64,000 bases of DNA, taken from positions 42,105 to 106,104 of the forward strand of contig CAWIYY010000015.1 of the NCBI GenBank assembly GCA_963840435.1, in the 5' to 3' direction. A program made the position numbers and the translations under genes. Under the pieces are notes generated by a model. It was not told the DNA's origin, did not search any database, and saw only the letters and a program-made list of their open reading frames with translations. Source of the DNA: an uncultured Acidimicrobiaceae bacterium (GTDB lineage: Bacteria; Actinomycetota; Acidimicrobiia; Acidimicrobiales; RAAP-2). Of the stretch, positions 1 through 8,381 are shown one piece after another. Positions within the stretch are counted from its first letter, which is position 1. Each line of letters opens with the position of its first letter.

Positions 1-1
1 G

Positions 2-319
2 ATCCTCAACACGCACCCCGCCCTCCTCCCGGCCTTCCCGGGCTGGCATGCCGTCCGCGACGCCCTGGCGGCCGGCGCCACCGAGACCGGCTGCACCGTG
101 CACCTCGCCACCCTCGAAATGGACGCGGGCCCAATCCTGGCCCAGCAGGCCGTCCCGGTGCACCCTGGCGATACCGAAGAAATGCTGCACGAGCGGATCA
201 AGATCGTCGAACGCTCGCTCTACCCTGCCACGGTGGCTTGGGCGCTGCGGGAGATCGAGGAAGGTCGCGAGATTGATCCGAGTGACTCGTCGACCGCCCT
301 GCGCCTCGCTGACCGGTGA
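2..319 (+). CDS. purN: phosphoribosylglycinamide formyltransferase PurN, C-terminal part (5' end outside window)
   Basis: Open from base 2 in the frame of ORF 98..319. [50 protein letters not shown] is the PurN/formyl-THF transferase catalytic core (NxHPxLLP, TVH, DxGPI). About four-fifths identical by manual count to the PurN domain of ORF 1212..2657. Confidence 0.85.
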   Translation: MLNTHPALLPAFPGWHAVRDALAAGATETGCTVHLATLEMDAGPILAQQAVPVHPGDTEEMLHERIKIVERSLYPATVAWALREIEEGREIDPSDSSTALRLADR

Positions 320-1158
320 GCGGCGAGGCACTGCGCCCGCCCACTCGCCGCTCCATGCGGGCCAGAAAAGCGACCGTGCAGACCTGGCGCATGGCCACCG
401 CCGACCTGCGCGCCAGGCCGAGGATCGTGATCATCGGCGCTCAGCGGAGTGGGACCACCTCGCTGCACTCCTGGCTGTGCTCTCACCCCGACGTAGCGCC
501 ATTGATGGTCAAGGAGGTCCACTACTTCGACGGCGCCTACGAGCGGTCGGAGCGGTGGTACCGATCCCGCTTTCCCATCAGCCCACCCTGGCGCGTCCAT
601 GTCGAGGCCTCCCCGTACATGCTCTTCCACCCGCTGGCCGCGGGCCGGGCCGGCCGGGACCTCCCTGAGTCCACCCGGTTCGTGGTGCTGCTGCGCGAGC
701 CGGCGGACCGGGCCCTCTCGCACTACCAGTTCGAGCGACGGCAGGGTCGGGAGAGCGAGACCTTCGCCCGCGCCCTCGAACTCGAGCAATCCCGCCTCGA
801 AGGAACCGAGGAGGCAGTAGTCCGGGGCGAGCGCAGCCGACCGCACCGCTGGTATTCCTACCGGTCGCGCGGACGCTACGCCGGGCAGCTCGCCCGCTGG
901 TTCGACGCCGTCGACCGCGAGCGGATCCTCATCATGGAGAGCGAGCGGATCTTCGAGGATCCTTCGGCGACCGGCCAACTCCTGGGCTGGCTCGGACTCT
1001 CGCCTGTTGAAGCTCCCTTCCCCACCCTCAACGCCACCTCCGAGCCCAGCACCGCCGATGCCGAGGTGCGCGATCGCCTCCGCACCGAATTCGAGGCTGA
1101 CAACGAGGCGGTGTTCGCACTGCTGGGTCGACGCCTCTGGACCCGACCGGCGACCTGA
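316..1158 (+). CDS. PAPS-dependent sulfotransferase family protein
   Basis: 280-aa ORF. GTG at 316 overlaps the purN stop (GTGA). [18 protein letters not shown] is the 5'-phosphosulfate-binding P-loop of sulfotransferases. Homologous along its full length to the C-terminal half of ORF 1212..2657. The true start could be ATG 355. Confidence 0.8.
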   Translation: MSGEALRPPTRRSMRARKATVQTWRMATADLRARPRIVIIGAQRSGTTSLHSWLCSHPDVAPLMVKEVHYFDGAYERSERWYRSRFPISPPWRVHVEASPYMLFHPLAAGRAGRDLPESTRFVVLLREPADRALSHYQFERRQGRESETFARALELEQSRLEGTEEAVVRGERSRPHRWYSYRSRGRYAGQLARWFDAVDRERILIMESERIFEDPSATGQLLGWLGLSPVEAPFPTLNATSEPSTADAEVRDRLRTEFEADNEAVFALLGRRLWTRPAT

Positions 1159-1211
1159 GCGCTCCGGGCCGACGTGATTCTGCGTCCGCCCAGTCTCACT
1201 AAATTGGCCGG

Positions 1212-2657
1212 GTGCGTCTGGCGGTCCTCGTGTCGGGCTCGGGGACGATCCTGCGGGCTATGTTCGACGCTGGCCTTCCGATCACGGTGGTCGTGTCGGA
1301 TCGCCCCTGCGCCGCCCTGGAGATCGCCCGCGAAAAGGGCTCCGACGCGGAATTGGTCGACCGGGCCGAGTTCGGCGGCTTCGGTTCGGATTTCGATCGG
1401 GACGGTTTCACGACCGCCGTGACCAAGACACTGCTGGAGTCTCAGGCCGACCTGGTGGCCATGGCGGGCTTCGGCACCGTCCTGACCGCGCCGGTGCACG
1501 AGGCCTTTCCCGGCCGGATCCTCAACACCCACCCCTCCCTCCTTCCAGCGTTTCCCGGTTGGCATGCCGTGCGCGATGCCCTGGCCGCCGGCGTCAGTGA
1601 GACGGGCTGCACCGTCCACCTGGCCACCCTCGAGATGGACGAGGGACCGATCCTGGCCCAGCAGGCGGTGAGGCTGGTACCCGGCGACACGGAGGAATCG
1701 CTGCATGAAGCGATCAAGGTCGCGGAGCGCACGCTCTATCCCGAGACCATCGCCTGGGCGTTGGGCGAGCTGCGGGCCGGACGGGCCATCGAGGCCCGAC
1801 ACGACCCGGTCCGGCCCCCCGCCGAGCGTGGCGTGCGCGGCGCAGCGCGGCTGAGCAACCCGGCTCGCCGCGGTCGGTCGGCCCACGACCATGCCTGGCG
1901 CTTGGCCACGGCCGACCTGCGGCCCTTGCCCGACATCATGATCGTCGGCACGCAGCGGGCGGGGACCACCTCGCTGCGCCGGTGGCTGCGTGAGCACCCG
2001 GCCGCCACCTACGAGGGCGGCGAGGTGCACTTCTTCGACCACAACTATGCCTTTGGCCGGCGCTGGTACCACGCGCAATTTCCGACCTTCCTGCAACCAG
2101 GGCGGCGCATCGAGTCTTCGCCCTATCTGCTCTTTCATCCCCTCGCTCCGGCCCGGGCCGCCGCCATGATGCCCGAGCGCACCCGTTTCGTCGTGCTGCT
2201 CCGCGAGCCGGCCGAACGCGCCATGTCGCACTATCGCCTGGAACGCTCCCTCGGCCGCGAATCCATGTCCTTCGCCCGTGCTCTGGCCGCGGAGGATGAC
2301 CGGCTCGCCGGAGAGACGGAGAAGGTGCTCCGAGGCGAGCGGAGCCGGTCGCACCAGTGGTTCTCCTACCGCGCCCGGGGCCGCTACGCGGAGCAAGTGG
2401 CGCGCTGGTGGGGCGCTGTCGGGCCCGAACGGGTCAAGGTCGTCGAGAGCGAACGCCTCTATGTCGACCCGGCGGTCGGGGTCGATCTGCTCGAGTGGCT
2501 GGGTCTTCCCGCTGCTGTGGAGCCGTTCCCCAACGTCAACGCCTCCCCTGACCCCCGATCCGAGGACAGGGAGGTGCTGGCGGATTTGAGGGACCAATTC
2601 GAGCCGGACAACGAAGCCCTCTTCGAGCTTCTCGGGCGCCGCCTCTGGCGGCGCTGA
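1212..2657 (+). CDS. fusion protein: complete PurN-type formyltransferase domain plus sulfotransferase domain
   Basis: 481-aa ORF. N-terminus RLAVLVSGSGT...[16 protein letters not shown]...[20 protein letters not shown] is PurN. After a linker, IMIVGTQRAGTTSLRRWL...[16 protein letters not shown] is a sulfotransferase. There is no stop between the domains. Confidence 0.8.
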   Translation: MRLAVLVSGSGTILRAMFDAGLPITVVVSDRPCAALEIAREKGSDAELVDRAEFGGFGSDFDRDGFTTAVTKTLLESQADLVAMAGFGTVLTAPVHEAFPGRILNTHPSLLPAFPGWHAVRDALAAGVSETGCTVHLATLEMDEGPILAQQAVRLVPGDTEESLHEAIKVAERTLYPETIAWALGELRAGRAIEARHDPVRPPAERGVRGAARLSNPARRGRSAHDHAWRLATADLRPLPDIMIVGTQRAGTTSLRRWLREHPAATYEGGEVHFFDHNYAFGRRWYHAQFPTFLQPGRRIESSPYLLFHPLAPARAAAMMPERTRFVVLLREPAERAMSHYRLERSLGRESMSFARALAAEDDRLAGETEKVLRGERSRSHQWFSYRARGRYAEQVARWWGAVGPERVKVVESERLYVDPAVGVDLLEWLGLPAAVEPFPNVNASPDPRSEDREVLADLRDQFEPDNEALFELLGRRLWRR

Positions 2658-2835
2658 GCAGGCCCGGCGCGTTGGGGCCAGCAGCCTCCCGGGGTGCGGA
2701 GAGCCACTAGATTGAGGGGCGCGGCAGCCTCGATCCGGGTGCGGGTCGGTTAGCCCAGCCAGGCGTAGTCGGGCGTTGCAACTGGGCGCCGCCGCGGTCG
2801 CCGAAGCGAAAAGGAGCTGACGAGGACATGGTGTT

Positions 2836-4407
2836 GTGAGGGCGCTGCTTTCGGTCTACGACAAGGACGGCCTGGACGAGCTGGCTCGGGGACTCTCGGA
2901 ACTGGGCTGGGAGCTGGTGGCCAGCGGGAACACGTCGGCCAAGCTGAGCGAGGCCGGCATCGCACACCGTGAGGTGGCCGAGGTGACTGGCTCGCCCGAG
3001 ATGTTGGGCGGCCGGGTCAAGACCCTCCACCCCAAGATTCACGGCGGGATCCTCGCCGATCGGTCCAAGCCGGAGCACCTGGCCGACCTGGAGGCGAACG
3101 GCATCGACGGGATTGACCTGGTCGTGGTCAACCTCTATCCCTTCTCCTCGGACCCCTCCATCGAGCTCATCGATGTGGGCGGCCCGACCATGGTGCGAGC
3201 CGCAGCCAAGAACCACGAGCACGTGGGCGTGGTCACCTCGCCCTCCGACTATCCGGTCGTCCTGGAGGAGCTGCGTCGCTCCGGCAAGCTCAGCGCCGCC
3301 ACCAGGCGCCGACTGGCTCGGGCCGCCTTCGCCCACACCGCCGCATACGACGCCGCCATCGTGGCGTGGCTCGACGGCGCCGGGCCCAGCCCCATCGGGC
3401 AACTCGAGGGCGCGACCGAGGCCGACGGGGAAGAAGCCGCGCTGGCGGCGGTCCTGCCCCGGACCTTGCACCTCACCCTCGAGCGAACCGAGGTCCTGCG
3501 TTACGGCGAGAACCCCCACCAGCGCGGCTCGCGCTATCGCACGGTCGGTGCCCGCAGCTGGTGGGACGACATGGTCCAGCACGGGGGCAGCCCGCTGTCG
3601 TACCTCAACCTCTTCGACGGCGATGCCGCATGGCGCCTGGTGCACGAGCTGGCCTCCGATTCGGGCGAGCGAGCCGTGGCCATCATCAAGCACGCCAACC
3701 CGTGCGGTGCCGCTGTGGCCGGCGACCTGGTCGCCGCCTACGAGCGGGCGCTCGAGTGCGACCCCCTGTCGGCCTTCGGCGGCGTCGTGGCCATCGGGGG
3801 TGACGTGACGGCCCGGGAGGCGGAGGCCATCGCGGCCGGCCCTCAGGCCGACGTGATCATCGCGGCGTCGTACACCTCCGAGGCCCTCGAAACCCTCATC
3901 GCCCGGCGCAAGGCGACGCGGCTCCTCTCGGGACCGGTGCCCGAGCAGGTGGTGCGACAGCTGCGGAGCCTGGGGTCGAGCGTGCTCGTCCAGGACGCCG
4001 ACGCGTTCGTCTCGCCCCGCCGCGACTGGCAGACCGTGACCAAGCGCCAGCCCACAGAGGACGAGTGGCGCGACCTGGTGCTGGCCTGGCGCGTGTGCGG
4101 TCGTACGACCTCCAACGCCATTGCCGTTGTGACCAACGGACAGGCCGTGGGCGTCGGTGCCGGTCAGCAGTCCCGGGTGGTGGCGGCCGAGATCGCCGTG
4201 CAGAAGGCCGGTGAGCGGGCCAAGGGCGGTGCCGCCGCCAGCGACGCTTTCTTTCCCTTCCCCGACGGGCTGCTCGTCCTGGCCGACGCCGGCGTGACCT
4301 CGGTCGTGCAGCCCGGGGGGTCCGTCAAGGACGCCGAGGTCATCGCCGCGGCTGACGAGGCCGGTCTGGCCATGGTCACGACCGGCGAACGGCACTTCAA
4401 GCACTGA
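2836..4407 (+). CDS. purH: bifunctional AICAR formyltransferase / IMP cyclohydrolase
   Basis: 523 aa. N-terminus RALLSVYDKDGL and C-terminus TGERHFKH are typical PurH. High GC3 frame. Confidence 0.95.
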   Translation: MRALLSVYDKDGLDELARGLSELGWELVASGNTSAKLSEAGIAHREVAEVTGSPEMLGGRVKTLHPKIHGGILADRSKPEHLADLEANGIDGIDLVVVNLYPFSSDPSIELIDVGGPTMVRAAAKNHEHVGVVTSPSDYPVVLEELRRSGKLSAATRRRLARAAFAHTAAYDAAIVAWLDGAGPSPIGQLEGATEADGEEAALAAVLPRTLHLTLERTEVLRYGENPHQRGSRYRTVGARSWWDDMVQHGGSPLSYLNLFDGDAAWRLVHELASDSGERAVAIIKHANPCGAAVAGDLVAAYERALECDPLSAFGGVVAIGGDVTAREAEAIAAGPQADVIIAASYTSEALETLIARRKATRLLSGPVPEQVVRQLRSLGSSVLVQDADAFVSPRRDWQTVTKRQPTEDEWRDLVLAWRVCGRTTSNAIAVVTNGQAVGVGAGQQSRVVAAEIAVQKAGERAKGGAAASDAFFPFPDGLLVLADAGVTSVVQPGGSVKDAEVIAAADEAGLAMVTTGERHFKH

Positions 4408-5270
4408 TGAGCGCCATCCTTCTCGACGGCGAGCCGGTGGCCGCCCGTATACGCGCCGAGGTGGCCGACCGGGTGGCTGTCCTGGCCACCGAAGGCGTGC
4501 ACGTGGGGCTGGGTACCATCCTCGTCGGCGATGACGCGCCGAGCGCCCGCTACGTGGCGATGAAGCACGAGGACTCGGTCAGCGTGGGCATCTACTCGGC
4601 TGGGGAGCACCTCTCCTCGAGCGCCACCCAGAACGAGGTGCTCGGTGCCATCGCGGCCATGAATGCCGATCCGAAGATCAGCGCATTCCTGGTGCAGCTG
4701 CCACTGCCCGACGGGCTCGACGAGGAGAGCGCCCTGCTCGCTGTCGACCCCGACAAGGACGTCGACGGGCTCCATCCGGTCAACCTGGGCCGCCTGGTGC
4801 TCGGGACACCGGGGCCCATGCCGTGCACCCCGTTCGGCATCGTCGAACTGCTCCACGCCTACGACGTTCCCGTCGAGGGCCGGCACGTCGTCATCATCGG
4901 CCGCGGCGTCACCATCGGGCGGCCTCTGGCGAACATGCTCACCTTGAAGCGTCCCGGGTTCAACGCCGCGGTGACAGTCGTGCACACCGGCGTGGAGCGG
5001 GACGACATGGCCGCCCTCACCCGCTCGGCCGACATCGTCGTTGCCGCCGCCGGCCGCCCCCACCTGCTGACGCCGGACATGGTGAAGCCCGGAGCGGCCG
5101 TGGTCTCGGCCGGCACCACCTTCGAAGGCCGGAAGTTGATACCCGACGCGCACCCGGATGTGGCCGAGGTTGCCGGGTTCATCACCCCACGGCTGGGCGG
5201 GGTGGGCCCGATGACGCGTGCCATGCTGTTGCGCAACGCGTTGCGAGCTGCCGAGCTGTCCGCTCGGTGA
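4407..5270 (+). CDS. folD: bifunctional methylenetetrahydrofolate dehydrogenase / methenyl-THF cyclohydrolase
   Basis: 287 aa. ARYVAMKHED, DVDGLHPVNLG and VVIIGRGVTIGRPLA are FolD motifs. The ATG overlaps the purH stop (TGATG). Confidence 0.95.
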   Translation: MSAILLDGEPVAARIRAEVADRVAVLATEGVHVGLGTILVGDDAPSARYVAMKHEDSVSVGIYSAGEHLSSSATQNEVLGAIAAMNADPKISAFLVQLPLPDGLDEESALLAVDPDKDVDGLHPVNLGRLVLGTPGPMPCTPFGIVELLHAYDVPVEGRHVVIIGRGVTIGRPLANMLTLKRPGFNAAVTVVHTGVERDDMAALTRSADIVVAAAGRPHLLTPDMVKPGAAVVSAGTTFEGRKLIPDAHPDVAEVAGFITPRLGGVGPMTRAMLLRNALRAAELSAR

Positions 5271-5307
5271 CAACCCGGCCGGCGGAGGCCGGGGAAGGCA
5301 GGTATTG

Positions 5308-5670
5308 GTGAAGAACGGGGAGTACTCGGAGCGACCTTGGGGCAACTACACGGTGCTCGATGACGATGCTCACGACCACAAGGTCAAGAGGCTCGTCGTG
5401 CACCCGGGGAAGCGTCTCAGCTATCAACGCCACGCCCGCCGGGCGGAACACTGGTTCATCGTGTCCGGCACCGCCACGGTCACCCTCGACGGTGCGGTGA
5501 CCGAGCTGCATCCGGGAGACTCCATCGACATACCCCAGGATGGTGCACACCGGATCGCCAATGAGGGTGACGCCGACGTCGTCCTCATCGAGGTGCAGCA
5601 CGGCACGTACTTCGGCGAAGACGACATCGTCCGCCTCGAAGACGACTACGGCCGGGTGCCTTTGCCGTGA
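5308..5670 (+). CDS. stand-alone cupin, type II phosphomannose-isomerase (ManC C-terminal) like
   Basis: ERPWGNYTVL..KVKRLVVHPGKRLSYQRHARRAEHWFIVSG..IPQDGAHRIAN..IEVQHGTYFGEDDIVRLEDDYGR matches the PMI-type cupin signature. I chose GTG 5308, preceded by GGAAGG, instead of the track ATG 5218, which overlaps folD. Confidence 0.75.
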   Translation: MKNGEYSERPWGNYTVLDDDAHDHKVKRLVVHPGKRLSYQRHARRAEHWFIVSGTATVTLDGAVTELHPGDSIDIPQDGAHRIANEGDADVVLIEVQHGTYFGEDDIVRLEDDYGRVPLP

Positions 5671-6536
5671 CACGGATCACCGATCTCCTGGCAGCCGGGC
5701 CGACCTATTCCTTCGAGTTCTTCCCACCCAAGAACGACAAGGAGCTGGCCACGCTCGCCCGCACCATCGGTGAGCTCCAGCCGCTCGAACCCTCCTTCGT
5801 CTCGGTCACCTACCGGGGTGGAGCGGAGTCACGGCAGCGCACCTTCGACCTGGTTTCGGGCATGCTGCACACGACCAAGCTCAATCCCATGGCGCATCTC
5901 ATCTGCGTGGCCCACACCCGCCTCGAGCTGGCCGACATTCTGGTCTCGCTGCGCAAGGCGGGGGTCGAGAACCTGATGGCCCTCGGCGGCGATCCGCCCG
6001 AGGATCCGACCGCGGGTCCCGGAGAACTGGCCTATGCCACGGAGTTGGTCGAACTGGCCCACGCCATCGGCGGCTTCTCGGTCGGCGTCGCGGCGCACCC
6101 GGCGGGCCATCCGCGCTCGCCGCACCTCGAGAGCGACCGGGACTACCTCGCCGCCAAGCTCGAACGAGCCGATTTCGGGGTGACCCAGTTCTTCTTCGAG
6201 GTGGGCGAATACGAGGGTCTTATCTCGGACCTCGAGGCGCGGGGGGTGGACAAGCCGGTGCTGCCGGGCATCCTGCCGGTCACCTCGCTGTCGACCATGG
6301 GCCGCCTGGGGGCAATGGGCGCGGGGGCGCCGTCGTGGATGGAGCAGCGGTTGCGCGCCGCCGACGAACGCGGTGGAGCTGATGCGGTGCGCAAGGAGGG
6401 GATCGAGCTGGCGACGGAGCTGTGCGCCGGTCTCATGGGCGTGGGCGTGCCGGGTCTGCACTTTTACACCTTCAATGCATCAAACGCGACGCGTGAGATC
6501 TATGCCGCACTGGGGCTGGTTCCGCCGGCGCCTTGA
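5667..6536 (+). CDS. metF: methylenetetrahydrofolate reductase
   Basis: 289 aa with YSFEFFPPKNDKE and FVSVTYRGG as MetF N-terminal motifs. The GTG overlaps the cupin stop (GTGA). Confidence 0.9.
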   Translation: MTRITDLLAAGPTYSFEFFPPKNDKELATLARTIGELQPLEPSFVSVTYRGGAESRQRTFDLVSGMLHTTKLNPMAHLICVAHTRLELADILVSLRKAGVENLMALGGDPPEDPTAGPGELAYATELVELAHAIGGFSVGVAAHPAGHPRSPHLESDRDYLAAKLERADFGVTQFFFEVGEYEGLISDLEARGVDKPVLPGILPVTSLSTMGRLGAMGAGAPSWMEQRLRAADERGGADAVRKEGIELATELCAGLMGVGVPGLHFYTFNASNATREIYAALGLVPPAP

Positions 6537-6575
6537 TGTGAGCCCCCTCGTTGGGGGGAGAGGCCGTCGCCCGCC

Positions 6576-6608
6576 GTTCACTTCCGCGTCACTCGCCGGT
6601 CACGCATT
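6576..6608 (+). promoter_or_regulatory. three phased 11-nt direct repeats resembling an actinobacterial PHO box (PhoP operator)
   Basis: GTTCACTTCCG|CGTCACTCGCC|GGTCACGCATT. Matches to G[G/T]TCAYYYR[G/C]G are 10/11, 9/11 and 8/11 by my count. The site is about 175-205 nt upstream of the beta-helix gene. Confidence 0.45.
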
Positions 6609-6780
6609 GGTGTCCGCAGGGCAACACCGAAGCGACAGATGGGGGAAACCCTGGCGTCGATGCCAAAGAGGCCTACCCCGGCCCGAGTCCGTGTATTAGA
6701 ACGCTGCATGACATTGGCGACTGACCCTTGCGCGTGCGAGAGCAAGGGTCAACTGACGCGGTGCTCGAGGGCGCCGGGGG

Positions 6781-8220
6781 ATGGAGGAACCACACGTGAA
6801 GGTCTTTGGGAGAGCAACAGCGCGCAATCTCGGCGCGCTCGGCATGCTCGGCGCGCTGGTGGGAGGCTTGAGCTTCGCCGCCCCGAGTGTGTCTGGTGCG
6901 TCGAGTGGAGGGACCCTGCTCGTCTCGACAACGGGTTCCAACGTCGGCTCGTGCCGGGTGAACGCCTGCCGGACAATCGGCTACGCCGTGTCGCAGGCCA
7001 CCACAGGCTCGACGATCAGCGTCTCTGCAGGCACGTACGCTGAGCAACTGGTCATCACCAACCAGACTCTTTCGATCAAGGGCACCGGTGGGACGGTCAC
7101 GATTCAGCCCACGGCACTGCCGACCTCCGACACCAACAGCGACACCGGTTTGCCGGCCTATCCGATCGTCGACGTGGTGGGCGGCAGCGTGAACCTGAAG
7201 AACCTCACCATTGACGGCTCGGTCGCCTCCAGTCAGTTCACCAGCTGCAGTGACGATTTCGACGGCGTCTATTACCACAACGCCGGCGGCCTCATGTCGG
7301 GCGACACCGTGGAGAACATCTCCCTGCCCACCACACCGACCAACTTGGACGGGTGTCAGGACGGCAACGACGTCCTGGTGCGCTCCGACACCGGGAGGTT
7401 CGCGAGCGTGACGGTCCAGGGCGGCACCAAGCTGGAGTCGTACCAGAAGAACGGCATCTTCTGCATGGACGCCGGCACCACCTGCAAAGTGGATGACACG
7501 ACGATCACGGGAGTCGGGCCCGACCCCTTCCAGGCGGGCAATGGATTCTCCGCCGTCGACGCCAGCTCCATCACGGCCACTGGAAACGCCATCTCAGGCG
7601 ACTCCTACGCTGGAGCGGGAGGCCCGGGAAACCAGTCCGAAGCCATGTATTTCGGTGACATCGGCACCCTGAGCGTCACCGACAACGTCGTGTCGCAGAG
7701 CGACATCGGCATCTACCTCACCGACGATGGCAGCGGTCCTCGGCCGGGCACGTGGACGGTGAGCGGCAACACGGTCAGCGGCGCCACGGACAACATCGCC
7801 GGCGGGGAGGCGAACTACGGCGACGGGATCCAGGTGGACAGCTCGTCCAATGCGATCACCATCACCAACAACACGGTCAGCGGGAGCGCCGAGAACGGGA
7901 TCTCGCTGCTTAGTGCCGGTTTCGACCGGGTGGCGAACAACCACCTGTCTCACAACGCGGACAACGGGATCTACCTCGGGTCTCCGGGATCGACCTCTTC
8001 GGCCGCGACGACCGGCGCCACCGTCTTCGACAACACGCTGAAGAAGAACGGTAACGACGGGATCCTGACTGACACCGGATCGAGTTCCAACTCGTTGAGC
8101 GGGAACAGCGCCACCAAGAACATCAACGGCTTCGACTACCAGGACCTCGGGACTGGCAACACGTGGTCCAGCAACACCTGCACTCCGGCCCACGACTCGA
8201 GCCCGGCCGGGCTCTGCTAG
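6781..8220 (+). CDS. secreted right-handed parallel beta-helix repeat protein (pectate-lyase/NosD-like fold)
   Basis: Signal peptide (LGALGMLGALVGGLSFAAPSVSGA). TGSTISVSAGTYAEQLVI is followed by many NxxxxG/I-rich beta-helix repeats (ISGDS, VSGNTVSGA, ITNNTVSGS, LSHNADNGIYL). The start may be GTG 6796. Confidence 0.7.
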   Translation: MEEPHVKVFGRATARNLGALGMLGALVGGLSFAAPSVSGASSGGTLLVSTTGSNVGSCRVNACRTIGYAVSQATTGSTISVSAGTYAEQLVITNQTLSIKGTGGTVTIQPTALPTSDTNSDTGLPAYPIVDVVGGSVNLKNLTIDGSVASSQFTSCSDDFDGVYYHNAGGLMSGDTVENISLPTTPTNLDGCQDGNDVLVRSDTGRFASVTVQGGTKLESYQKNGIFCMDAGTTCKVDDTTITGVGPDPFQAGNGFSAVDASSITATGNAISGDSYAGAGGPGNQSEAMYFGDIGTLSVTDNVVSQSDIGIYLTDDGSGPRPGTWTVSGNTVSGATDNIAGGEANYGDGIQVDSSSNAITITNNTVSGSAENGISLLSAGFDRVANNHLSHNADNGIYLGSPGSTSSAATTGATVFDNTLKKNGNDGILTDTGSSSNSLSGNSATKNINGFDYQDLGTGNTWSSNTCTPAHDSSPAGLC

Positions 8221-8267
8221 CCGAGACAGAGAGAACGGGAACGTCGTAGGGAGCAAGGCCTCCTGCG

Positions 8268-8310
8268 AAGGCCCCGGTGGCGCGAAGAAGAACCGCGCTG
8301 CCGGGGCCTT
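8268..8310 (+). terminator. stem-loop after the beta-helix gene
   Basis: AAGGCCCCGGtGGCGCG-aagaagaac-CGCGCtGCCGGGGCCTT, followed by gcccgTTTcg. Confidence 0.5.
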
Positions 8311-8381
8311 GCCCGTTTCGACGGGAGTGAGGTCCCGAAGCTGGACCAGGGCAGGTTGGTGGAGGAATAGGGTTCTTCTCC

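Larger units (their letters stand above)
1..2657 (+). repeat. diverged tandem duplication of a purN + sulfotransferase module (copy 1: 1-1158, copy 2: 1212-2657)
   Basis: Colinear nucleotide and protein similarity, e.g. gatcctcaacacgcaccccgccctcctccc (1-30) versus gatcctcaacacccacccctccctccttcc (~1518). The junction peptides [12 protein letters not shown] and WRLATADLRPLP are conserved. Confidence 0.8.

Noticed and set aside
876-2597. 573-aa minus-strand ORF antisense to the sulfotransferase and PurN-fusion genes
   Set aside because: It is a typical high-GC antisense shadow ORF. It is Arg/Gly/Pro/Ala-rich with no recognisable motif, while the plus strand carries clearly homologous domains with proper GC3 bias.
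2707-4404. 565-aa minus-strand ORF antisense to purH
   Set aside because: Same reasoning as above. purH on the plus strand is unambiguous and the antisense product is low-complexity Gly/Arg/Pro-rich.
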